Virus record (IMG/VR): IMGVR_UViG_3300032397_003421
DNA: 20,000 nt
Source: an uncultured virus (IMG/VR IMGVR_UViG_3300032397_003421)
Taxonomy: Duplodnaviria > Heunggongvirae > Uroviricota > Caudoviricetes
Strand: one strand, 5' to 3'
Shown here: piece by piece, positions 1-8,098 of the stretch
Numbering within the stretch: the stretch's first letter is position 1
Layout: each line of letters starts with the position of its first letter
Program-made: the position numbers and the translations under genes
Notes under the pieces: model-generated
Told to the model about the DNA's origin: nothing
The model's input: only the letters and a program-made list of their open reading frames with translations
Database searches by the model: none

Positions 1-709
1 GATTAGGTATATCAAAATCTTTTTTACGTATAAGTTTCATAATACTTTGGAAGTTTTCAATTCCGTTTGTATCTATTATACAGATTTCACCATCAAGTAC
101 AACATTTTTAAGATTCATTGTTTGTATTTCTTTTCTCAATACTCCAAGAGTTTCAAATTCATTTCCCTGTCTACTATAGAATTTTATATCTCCATCTTTA
201 TTTATTATGGTGAGACACCTACATCCATCAAGTTTATGTGAAGAGTAATAACCATCTTTAACAAGATCAACTTTGTTTTTAACATCCTCCCAGCTATTCG
301 CCAAAGCAACTTCAAAGGTAGGAATAAGTCCAGGATATATATCATTTATAATTTTATCCCCTACCCTACATTCAAGGTCTTTATCAATTATCTTATAAAG
401 AATGTCTTCATATTCTGAGTGATCTTTTATAAATCTATTACAGTATGATATTGCATCATGCCCTGTAATAAGTCTTTTATTAAGAGCGTCTAACAACATA
501 AATACATCTCCATAAGTACCTTCAGATAGAAGAGTAATATTCTTTTTAAGATTTGCACTTGATACATAATACATCTTAAAGGGATTATATACAATTTCTA
601 ACATATCTTTCATCTCTGGAAATTTTTTCAGTACTTCTTTTTTATCAAGAGTACTATTTGTTGTATTCATTTCTTCTATGAATTGTTTTGTAATTTCTAA
701 TATATTCAT
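1..709 (-). CDS. lig: ATP-dependent DNA ligase (T4 gp30-like), N-terminal part; truncated by the window edge
   Basis: Not in the ORF track; translated by hand from ATG at 709 (AGGAG RBS about 10 nt upstream): MNILEITKQFIEEMNTTNSTLDKKEVLKK...KIIDKDLECRVG...IPTFEVALA...SSHKLDGCRC...FYSRQGNEF...VVLDGEIC...ENFQSIMKLIRKK. Contains motif I (KxDGxR), SRxG and motif III (LDGE). Open to position 1. Confidence 0.93.
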   Translation of the reverse strand, partial: MNILEITKQFIEEMNTTNSTLDKKEVLKKFPEMKDMLEIVYNPFKMYYVSSANLKKNITLLSEGTYGDVFMLLDALNKRLITGHDAISYCNRFIKDHSEYEDILYKIIDKDLECRVGDKIINDIYPGLIPTFEVALANSWEDVKNKVDLVKDGYYSSHKLDGCRCLTIINKDGDIKFYSRQGNEFETLGVLRKEIQTMNLKNVVLDGEICIIDTNGIENFQSIMKLIRKKDFDIPN

Positions 710-725
710 TTTTTTAATTCTCCTT

Positions 726-1913
726 TTAATTTAATTCTACTAAATATTTAATTGTACATTGTTCAGATTTATAAACTATGAATTCATTATTTATAAGATC
801 AATTCCCCCTTTTGCAAATAATGAATCATAGTCTCCTTTAGACTTAAGATTTTGATATGACATAGAATACATTTCTGAAGTATGTTTATCAACTCGATAC
901 TCCATTCCTGTATTAACTTCATATAACGCCATAAAAGCTTGTTTAGCATTCCCCTTTACCCAATAACTACCGCTTAATGAGGTATAACCCAATGCCTTCT
1001 TGCATTTATCCGCCATGTATATACCATCACCAAACATACTTCCTGTATGTACTGCTCCTGTAGGTCTTATAAGCAAACTTGATTTAAGTATATTAAGCCA
1101 ATTTTCATTTCTACTACCATGCCATAAAAGTTTAGTCCAGTGTTTTACAGATTCTTTTTTCTGAACTTCAAATTTATCTTTTGATACTTTATGAATTACT
1201 TCATATAATCCACTAAATTTATTTGATTCTGTTCCCATCATTTCTTTAACTTTATCAATTACTATTTGATCAGTTACTTTAAAAATCTTAACTCCTAATA
1301 TATCTTCTAAAGTTTTATCTGAATCAATAGATGCTGTATTAATACTTACTTGTCCTCTCATTACATCCACTGCATCCTGCTCTCTTTCAAGTATTGCTTT
1401 TCCTTTTATTTTATCACCTATTCCATTAAGAATAAAATCTTGAACTTTTTTCATTTTTCTTGGAATAATAGTATAAAGTTCAGTAAGTTTATCATCAATA
1501 TTTGAATTTGAAATTTTTTTATATTTCAACATATCAGCTATTTGATTTAGAATTTCTTGTGCTTTATCAATTTGTGCTTCAGTAACTTGATCCGCTGAAA
1601 CTGTATAGTTATCCAATATAGATGCTTTTGAATAACTTTGTAAATCTGAAAGAAGCTTCATTATAGTAGAATTAGTAACATCTTTAAGAACTGCTGTTTT
1701 AATTGTGGATTTAAGACTGGTAATATCTTTATATCCTTTTTTGATTTTACTTTTATATATCTTATCCCAATCTAACATTGGATAAGTCATTGTTTGTTCA
1801 GTTAATCCTACTCTACCATATTTCACTAAAAAAGTAGAATTATTTTCTATCATAGTATAATACTTATTATTATTATTTTCTGAGCTAACCATTATCAATT
1901 CTATTTGTTTCAT
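726..1913 (-). CDS. Poly(ADP-ribose) polymerase-like protein (WGR-like + helical regulatory + catalytic ART domain)
   Basis: N-terminal KYY...VKYGRVG...KIKKGY (WGR-like, YGR variant); helical-domain signature LYTIIP; catalytic signatures LLWHGS (H265), GSMFGDGIYMA (Y299), KALGY, NNEFIVY (E377), Q..IKYLV. AAGGAG RBS. Confidence 0.93.
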   Translation of the reverse strand: MKQIELIMVSSENNNNKYYTMIENNSTFLVKYGRVGLTEQTMTYPMLDWDKIYKSKIKKGYKDITSLKSTIKTAVLKDVTNSTIMKLLSDLQSYSKASILDNYTVSADQVTEAQIDKAQEILNQIADMLKYKKISNSNIDDKLTELYTIIPRKMKKVQDFILNGIGDKIKGKAILEREQDAVDVMRGQVSINTASIDSDKTLEDILGVKIFKVTDQIVIDKVKEMMGTESNKFSGLYEVIHKVSKDKFEVQKKESVKHWTKLLWHGSRNENWLNILKSSLLIRPTGAVHTGSMFGDGIYMADKCKKALGYTSLSGSYWVKGNAKQAFMALYEVNTGMEYRVDKHTSEMYSMSYQNLKSKGDYDSLFAKGGIDLINNEFIVYKSEQCTIKYLVELN

Positions 1914-1937
1914 TTTATTTCTCCTTAGCTTACTTTA

Positions 1938-2540
1938 TTAAATTGTTAATTCATATCCAACATTATTCATAAATTCAATATATTTACTTTGTATTTTTGT
2001 TCTCCAATATGAAAGATTGGCTGTATGTTTTTCTCCTAATTCTTTTGCTATATCTTGTTTTTTCATATTTGTTTGTAATAAATTTAATAAATTTAATTCA
2101 TAAGAGGTAAGTTGTTTTTTAAAAATTTCTAAATTAGTATTAAATATTAGTATGTCTTCAAAAGATTTTGTTTTATTTTGTACAATAATTTTTTCTCTAT
2201 CTACTTCATATATATATTTTTTATTTTTTGTACCTTCATACTTAAAATAAGGCTCGATGTATGATTTAAATATATAACCAAAAGAAAAAGAAGATTCATT
2301 ATTTATTTTATTTATATTTACAAATTCAAGAGCTTTGATCATTAAAAAATAACATTCTTGCATATTATCTTCCATACTTGAGAGATATCTATATGCATTA
2401 GAATACTTTTTACAAAGAGGTGCATATTTTTTATAAAAATAAGTTTCTATTTCTTGTTTCGTTCTCCAATGTGAATTATTCTTATAAATTTCTATTACTT
2501 CTAAATCTGTTTTGTTTGAATAATTATTTGTTTTTTTCAT
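1938..2540 (-). CDS. RNA polymerase sigma-70-like factor (region 2 + region 4 HTH)
   Basis: MEDNMQECYFLMIKAL...FSFGYIFKSYI resembles sigma region 2; LTSYELNLLNLL...KKQDIAKELG resembles the region 4 HTH. ATG at 2540 with AGGAG 8 nt upstream is preferred to the track start at 2549. Confidence 0.65.
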   Translation of the reverse strand: MKKTNNYSNKTDLEVIEIYKNNSHWRTKQEIETYFYKKYAPLCKKYSNAYRYLSSMEDNMQECYFLMIKALEFVNINKINNESSFSFGYIFKSYIEPYFKYEGTKNKKYIYEVDREKIIVQNKTKSFEDILIFNTNLEIFKKQLTSYELNLLNLLQTNMKKQDIAKELGEKHTANLSYWRTKIQSKYIEFMNNVGYELTI

Positions 2541-2665
2541 TGTATACACTCCTACATGTATTTAATTTTTCCTTATTTAATTTTTAAAAAGTTTTTTTAT
2601 AATTTGTTATTAAAAATTTTATTTTATTTTTTATTTTTTATTTTTAAGTTTTCTCCTTATTTAAT

Positions 2666-3124
2666 TTATGCTATTTCTATGAAATATGCTATCCCAGAAT
2701 CAAATAATTTCCCTTTTTCAAAAAATAATTTAAGTGCTCCTATTTTAACTTCTTGAATATAGTTATAATAACCTTCTTGTAATTTTATACATTTTTGCAA
2801 TAATGATTCTACTATCATTTTAACATCATTAGGATGAGTAGTATGAAGATCTTTAAAATTCTTTTTTATAGGAGGAAGTGTTATAATAACTGCGTGATTT
2901 TGAGTATCTTTTTTATTATGTATGTCTTTTCTCCAATCTATAATAGCACATATACCAGTAGATTTTGACCATATAGCATAAATAGTTGCTTCGTCATCAT
3001 ATTCAGTAATTATTTTATTTATTGCATTAGTAATCACTTTATTTACTATTTCTTTTGAAAATTGATCTTTATACCTTTTAACATATTGATCAATAGCATG
3101 ATGAGTATCTATTATTTTTCTCAT
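2666..3124 (-). CDS. Hypothetical protein; N-terminus resembles DUF4258/RelE-like fold proteins
   Basis: 152 aa, AAGGAG RBS; N-terminal IIDTHHAIDQYVKRY motif and a later VIITL strand. Confidence 0.45.
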   Translation of the reverse strand: MRKIIDTHHAIDQYVKRYKDQFSKEIVNKVITNAINKIITEYDDEATIYAIWSKSTGICAIIDWRKDIHNKKDTQNHAVIITLPPIKKNFKDLHTTHPNDVKMIVESLLQKCIKLQEGYYNYIQEVKIGALKLFFEKGKLFDSGIAYFIEIA

Positions 3125-3162
3125 TCTATTTTCTCCTTACTTACTTTATTAAATCTAATACT

Positions 3163-3215
3163 AATATAATACCTACGTTAGAAAAGTACAATACTTTTTT
3201 TACTTTTTTTTAAAA
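3163..3215 (-). promoter_or_regulatory. Sigma70-type (early) promoter for the leftward PARP/ligase cluster
   Basis: Minus strand TTGTAC (3191-3186), 17 bp spacer, TATATT (3168-3163), with A-tracts upstream (UP-element-like), about 40 bp before the ATG at 3124. Confidence 0.6.
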
Positions 3216-3284
3216 AATTCATTTTTTTAGTTATATAAGAAAATGTAGAATAGTTATAAAAATTAAAATATAAAGAAGGAAAAA

Positions 3285-5297
3285 ATGGTTAATATAAACA
3301 AAGAACAGTTAATAGATGATAAATATAACGATTTATCAATTGAAGAAAAACAAACTCTATATAAGATGTATTTTGATAAAGAAACTAGAGATGAACTTAA
3401 AAAACAAGTTGAAAGTATAATATATTATTCTACTCCTCCAACACCAGAAGAATTTCTTGATCCTACTAATGGTTGGTTATCTGGATCATTTGTACAAAGT
3501 ATATATCCATGGGTAAAAGCTGAATTTTTAGAATGTTTAGATAAAGAAAAAAAATATAATAAAATAGTACAATATGGATCAACAAGGATTGGTAAAACAT
3601 ATCTAGCAATATTACTTATTACTTATACAATAGTATTTATACATTTTCTTAGAGAACCCGCAATGTATTATGGATTATCACCTCTTACAGATCTTGCTAT
3701 ATACATTATATCCTTTAAATATGATAAAACTAGAGAATTGTATTTACGTCCTATGTTTAAAATGATGGAAAAATCAGATAGATTTATACAAGTAAAATTT
3801 CAAGATAAAGTAGCAACAGAACAAAGAAGGTTAGGTCGAGATAAAATTGTATATAGTAAAGCTTCAACTTCAGGAGAAATTACTTTAGCATCTGGATTAC
3901 AATTACAATTAGGTAATGATGATGCATTAGCTTTTATAGGGTCTAATATAATTTCTGCCTATATATCAGAAATTTCATTTTGGGTTGAAAATGCAGGAGC
4001 AACAGAAGAAAATATTTTTAGATTATATACAGATATTGCAGATAGAATTAAAGCTACTGTTGGTGAAGATTATTTAACATTTCTTTATCTTGATACTTCT
4101 GCAAATAATGTAGATTCAATAATAGAAAAACATATACTTACTGAATTAAGATATAGAGAAGGAGTAAGATTCAATTGGGTAACTAGATGGGAAGCTCTTC
4201 CTAATAATGGTAAAAATTTTAAAAAATGGCATAAAACTGGAGAAACATTTAAAGTAATTACTGGTAATGGATCTATTCCTGCAGCTATAGTTACAGATAA
4301 TAGACAATTAGAAGATATACCATTAGATTTAATTATCAATGTTCCAATAGATTCTTATGATGCATTTAAAGATAATCTTATAAAAAGTATTAAGGATATC
4401 GCTGGTAGGCCCACGGTGTCAGAGAATAAGTTTATTAATAATGTTGAACTAATTACAAACATGTTTAATAATTCTTTATTAAACAATATTGAAGGAGCTA
4501 TAATAGCAGATTCTAATTCAATGCCTGAAAAATTATTATGGAATCAAATTAATACAAATTTATTTTTTCATAGAACACCTTCTAATTCTTTTCAGATAAA
4601 TAGGGCAATTGGAGCTCCTAGATTTGTTGGATTAGATACAAGTTATTCTATAAATGGAGATGCTACAGGAATAACAATTCTTCATAAAGAGTACGATATA
4701 GAAAAAAAAGAATGTGTTTATGTAGTAGATTTAAGTTGTGCTATAATAGGAAAAGAAAAAGGAATAAATTTAGAAGCAGTTCCATATTTATTATTAGATT
4801 TAATTTCTGAAGCTGGATTGCCTATTTATGCTCTTTATATAGATACTTTTCAAAGTGAAACAGGTAAACAATTTTTGGAAAGAAACAATGTAAAAGTAAT
4901 AAAACAAAGTGTTGATAGAGATGTAGTTCCTTATCAAATACTACTTACGACTATGATTAATGGTTTAGTTAAATCAGGAAGAAATATATTTTTAAAGAAT
5001 AATTTACAATGTTTAATGGTTACCAAATCTCAAACAGGCAAAGACAAAATAGATCATCCAGAAGGGGTAATAAATAATAAATATAATAGTGATTGGAATA
5101 AGTCAATTTGTGGTACTTTTGCTAAAGATGTAAGTGATTCACTAGCTAATGCTTTATATGGTGCGTTTGTATCGAATATATCTCCTACAATTATATATCA
5201 AGAAGAAAATAAAAGATTTTCTAAAGATATAATTGATACTAAAGATATTATAAATAAAGCATTAATAAATCTTTTGAAAACTCGTCCACATCTATAA
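3285..5297 (+). CDS. terL: Terminase large subunit
   Basis: 670 aa; PPTPEEFL N-terminal motif, Walker A GSTRIGKT, variant Walker B ISAYISE, motif-III-like LDTSAN, RNase H-like nuclease RFVGLDTS...GDATG, IDTFQS, KIDHP, AKDVSDSLANA. Confidence 0.88.
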   Translation: MVNINKEQLIDDKYNDLSIEEKQTLYKMYFDKETRDELKKQVESIIYYSTPPTPEEFLDPTNGWLSGSFVQSIYPWVKAEFLECLDKEKKYNKIVQYGSTRIGKTYLAILLITYTIVFIHFLREPAMYYGLSPLTDLAIYIISFKYDKTRELYLRPMFKMMEKSDRFIQVKFQDKVATEQRRLGRDKIVYSKASTSGEITLASGLQLQLGNDDALAFIGSNIISAYISEISFWVENAGATEENIFRLYTDIADRIKATVGEDYLTFLYLDTSANNVDSIIEKHILTELRYREGVRFNWVTRWEALPNNGKNFKKWHKTGETFKVITGNGSIPAAIVTDNRQLEDIPLDLIINVPIDSYDAFKDNLIKSIKDIAGRPTVSENKFINNVELITNMFNNSLLNNIEGAIIADSNSMPEKLLWNQINTNLFFHRTPSNSFQINRAIGAPRFVGLDTSYSINGDATGITILHKEYDIEKKECVYVVDLSCAIIGKEKGINLEAVPYLLLDLISEAGLPIYALYIDTFQSETGKQFLERNNVKVIKQSVDRDVVPYQILLTTMINGLVKSGRNIFLKNNLQCLMVTKSQTGKDKIDHPEGVINNKYNSDWNKSICGTFAKDVSDSLANALYGAFVSNISPTIIYQEENKRFSKDIIDTKDIINKALINLLKTRPHL

Positions 5298-5353
5298 TTT
5301 TTTAAATAAATGTTGTAAGAAGTCTATAAGTTTTTAACTTATAAATAGTTCAT

Positions 5354-5373
5354 TTACTAATAATTACTAATAA
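5354..5373 (+). promoter_or_regulatory. Tandem TTACTAATAA motif (putative late promoter)
   Basis: Two exact adjacent copies (5354-5363, 5364-5373) about 35 bp upstream of the ATG at 5408; the same 10-mer occurs upstream of 7205 and 18155. Confidence 0.6.
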
Positions 5374-5407
5374 GTTCGCTAAAGAGAAAATTATACAGGT
5401 GATATAG

Positions 5408-5779
5408 ATGGTAACTTTAAATTTTGAAGTTGTTGGCAATAAAGAAATTTCTGACCAATACTCATCAGAAAATTTGACATTAACTGGAAAGTTGGAAAGA
5501 GAAATGTATGAATTAACATCTACAGATGGTTGGATTACTAATTCTATTTCTAAAATAGGTACTATATCAAAAATTATTGCAAATGTAGAAGATCCAAGTA
5601 ATACTCTTGCTACAGCAAATTTAAGAATTGTTTATGATTCATCTGGTATTGTTATTCCCATAAATGGTATATTTGTTTATTCTGTAGATACTGTATTTGC
5701 TAATTTAATTACAAGTATAGATATGTCTACAAATAGTATTCTTCCAATGAATTGTAATCTTAGTATCTTAGGAATTTAA
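5408..5779 (+). CDS. Hypothetical protein, probably virion structural (beta-rich, acidic)
   Basis: 123 aa, AGGTG RBS, preceded by the late-type motif, S/T/N/I-rich composition. Confidence 0.6.
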   Translation: MVTLNFEVVGNKEISDQYSSENLTLTGKLEREMYELTSTDGWITNSISKIGTISKIIANVEDPSNTLATANLRIVYDSSGIVIPINGIFVYSVDTVFANLITSIDMSTNSILPMNCNLSILGI

Positions 5780-5786
5780 ATTTAAA

Positions 5787-6488
5787 ATGAAAAGATATGT
5801 AAGATATTTTGGTATAGATGATTCATTTAAAATTACAGAAGCAATTATTAATCCTAATTTATATTTAGATCAAATTAAAAAAGATTTAAATGATTTATCA
5901 TTCTTTAAATTCAAAAATGTTTCTTTAAAAAATATATCATTTAAATTAAATATAATTTTTAGAAAAAGTAAGATTCAATTTATACCTCAATCAAATATAA
6001 ATGATGATCCTTATGAGCCAAATATTAAATTTGGTATAAATAGTGGGGCAACTATATCTAATAAAACAAATGATATAGGTATCTTTATAAATGAAAATAT
6101 TGTAAGAAGTTTGCAGAATAAAGAGGCATACCCATTTTTTGTAAAATGGTTACTTTTTGTTTTAAAACATGAATTAGTTCATAGAGGTCAACATTTAAAG
6201 GTTAAAGATGCTAAATTAAGAAATGAAGTATTTCAAAAATCTCCAAAAGATAGACGAGAATATTTATCTGATAAACAAGAAATTATGGCAAGAGCTTGGG
6301 AAATTATTGAACTTTTTAAATTATTTAATTATCAACAAGATAAAATTCGGGAAATATTAAAATCAAAAGAATTAGAAAAATATCAAAATTTCACATTAAG
6401 AGTTTATCATGATGAATTTACTATGAAGGATTGGCAATTAAAATTACTGTATAAATATATGTATATGTATCTTGAGGAGGATGAATAA
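5787..6488 (+). CDS. Putative zinc metallopeptidase-like protein (HExxH)
   Basis: LKHELVHRGQ plus downstream EYLSDKQEIMARA supplying a candidate third Glu ligand. Confidence 0.6.
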   Translation: MKRYVRYFGIDDSFKITEAIINPNLYLDQIKKDLNDLSFFKFKNVSLKNISFKLNIIFRKSKIQFIPQSNINDDPYEPNIKFGINSGATISNKTNDIGIFINENIVRSLQNKEAYPFFVKWLLFVLKHELVHRGQHLKVKDAKLRNEVFQKSPKDRREYLSDKQEIMARAWEIIELFKLFNYQQDKIREILKSKELEKYQNFTLRVYHDEFTMKDWQLKLLYKYMYMYLEEDE

Positions 6489-6491
6489 AAA

Positions 6492-6728
6492 ATGGTAAAA
6501 TTTTTAATGAATGTTAAAATATACTTAATAACAATACTCACTATTATTTTTATAATAATTATATTTGTAGGTATAGTTGCTTTTGTATTATATCTTAAAA
6601 ATAATAATAAAAAATTACAAATAATTCCAACATTTAAAATTATAGATTGTAAAAAAGAAGATAATTTAAATACTCTTTCTGAATCAATTAATATAGCAAA
6701 AGAAATATTATCAAAGGTAAAAAAATGA
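6492..6728 (+). CDS. Small single-pass membrane protein
   Basis: Long hydrophobic run IYLITILTIIFIIIIFVGIVAFVLYL followed by a basic segment; GAGGAGG RBS; ATGA overlap with the next gene. Confidence 0.7.
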   Translation: MVKFLMNVKIYLITILTIIFIIIIFVGIVAFVLYLKNNNKKLQIIPTFKIIDCKKEDNLNTLSESINIAKEILSKVKK

Positions 6729-7159
6729 AAAAATTAATATTAGTTATATTATTTATATGTGTTAGCAGTTTACTTTATGGAATAGATAATAATATTTATA
6801 TAACACAATCTGATAAAATTATTGGTAGATTTACTCCAGAACAATTTGAAACTCTTGTACAAGGTGCTGATAAATATAAAGAAATTATGTTAGCTCAAGT
6901 AGAAAAAAGAGTAAATATTGTTTGTTCAGAAATTAAGGAAACAGATATAAAAGGAGAATATAAAACTAATATTCGTATTATCTGGATAAATAAAAATAAT
7001 ATGGAAATAAATTTTATTGAAGTAGAACTTATATTAAATATAGATAATGATACTTCTCAAAATATACCTGAATGGAGAATTGTATATCGAGATCTATCAG
7101 AAATTGGTTTTCCAATAACAGGAGGACTTTTAATTCTTATATTAGTACTTTTTTTATAA
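6725..7159 (+). CDS. Exported protein with N-terminal signal peptide and C-terminal TM anchor (spanin-like candidate)
   Basis: MKKLILVILFICVSSLLYG signal; C-terminal GGLLILILVLFL hydrophobic tail. Confidence 0.6.
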   Translation: MKKLILVILFICVSSLLYGIDNNIYITQSDKIIGRFTPEQFETLVQGADKYKEIMLAQVEKRVNIVCSEIKETDIKGEYKTNIRIIWINKNNMEINFIEVELILNIDNDTSQNIPEWRIVYRDLSEIGFPITGGLLILILVLFL

Positions 7160-7176
7160 TAATTTATAATATTATA

Positions 7177-7186
7177 TTACTAATAA
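7177..7186 (+). promoter_or_regulatory. TTACTAATAA motif (putative late promoter)
   Basis: Exact 10-mer ending 18 bp upstream of the neck gene ATG, just before the AGAGG RBS. Confidence 0.6.
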
Positions 7187-7204
7187 ATATAAAGAGGAAA
7201 TCAA

Positions 7205-7954
7205 ATGTCAGATATTTTAATAGAAGATAATTATTTAAATCTTATAAAAAAAGTCATTGCTGCGCCGATGGTCGATTCACTTTTATTAGATGACGAAGAA
7301 ATAAAAGATCTTTGTATATTCCCTGTTTTACAGCGATATTTTACAAAATTTCCTCTTAAAGAGGAATATACTGCTTCAATAAATGGAGAAACATTTGTAA
7401 CATTTCCAGACGATTACACCTTCGGTGTTTTAGATGCAAGAGTAGTGGATATTGGATTACTTCCGGGAAGTGGTACATCATTTTGGGATTTAATTTTATT
7501 TATGAATACAACATCAAATACAGCAACAATTAAAGGTGTTGGTGCTTATGGTGTAAAAGGTTATAATCCATCACAGTTAATGCAACAAAGAGATATGGAA
7601 AGATATAGATTTAAATCTCAACAAAATATGTATACAACTATTAAAACAAGAGTAGATACAGAAAATAGAAAACTAATTGTATATAGCTCTATTACTGGAG
7701 CATTGAATGTTACTTGGGCTAAATATAGTAATAATTTTGCTGATGTTAAATTTGAAAGACGAGATGATGTAATTAAACTTTGTCAGGCAGAAGTTTTAGA
7801 TCATTTATCAGATAGTGCTTCTATATTAGTAGATTCCGGGTTGGAAATAAATATAAATATCGAGAAATTAAGTGAAAGAGCCTCTAAATTAAAAGAAGAT
7901 ATTCAAACAAAATGGGATGCTATCCCTGATAATATTTTTGTTCACATGGTATAA
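7205..7954 (+). CDS. Neck / head-completion protein (T4 gp13-like)
   Basis: N-terminal LIKKVIAAPMVDSLLLDDEEIKDLCI..VLQRY and C-terminal GLEININIEKLSERASKLKEDI resemble the gp13 pattern (LGAP..VEL..DQI.DCI..AL..Y ... G..I.G..L...A..E...L). Confidence 0.7.
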   Translation: MSDILIEDNYLNLIKKVIAAPMVDSLLLDDEEIKDLCIFPVLQRYFTKFPLKEEYTASINGETFVTFPDDYTFGVLDARVVDIGLLPGSGTSFWDLILFMNTTSNTATIKGVGAYGVKGYNPSQLMQQRDMERYRFKSQQNMYTTIKTRVDTENRKLIVYSSITGALNVTWAKYSNNFADVKFERRDDVIKLCQAEVLDHLSDSASILVDSGLEININIEKLSERASKLKEDIQTKWDAIPDNIFVHMV

Positions 7955-7957
7955 ATT

Positions 7958-8088
7958 TTGGATAAGGCTGTACCCTGATAAGATATATAAATCTCTAACT
8001 TTTATATATTTTCCAATATTTTTTAAAATATTTATATTAATAAATAATAGAAAATTACAGTTTTTTATTATTTCAAAATGTTAGAGGT
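7958..8088 (+). promoter_or_regulatory. Structured leader of the homing endonuclease gene (candidate cis-regulatory RNA)
   Basis: TTGGA 7958-7962 / TCCAA 8012-8016; ATATATAAA 7983-7991 / TTTATATAT 8001-8009; hairpin 8042-8054 / 8061-8073; loop ATCTCTAAC 7991-7999 complementary to GTTAGAGGT 8080-8088, which contains the RBS. Confidence 0.55.
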
Positions 8089-8098
8089 AAGTAGAAAG

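Noticed and set aside
47..241. Plus-strand 64-aa ORF in the track
   Set aside because: Antisense shadow of the DNA ligase gene; no RBS or motifs.
2556..2756. Plus-strand 66-aa F/L-rich ORF
   Set aside because: Product of T-rich intergenic sequence and antisense overlap with 2666-3124.
4085..4339. Minus-strand 84-aa ORF
   Set aside because: Shadow ORF inside the terminase gene.
5325..5347. T4 late promoter TATAAATA (5340-5347) and hairpin 5325-5343
   Set aside because: An all-AT 8-mer is expected by chance at this composition; the hairpin is weak and lacks a clear U-tract. TTACTAATAA explains the upstream regions more consistently.
7960..8015. Hammerhead ribozyme or group I intron reading of the CCTGATAAG leader
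   Set aside because: No CUGAnGA...GAAA core; the neck gene has its own intact stop and the roughly 145-nt spacer shows no recognisable group I core.
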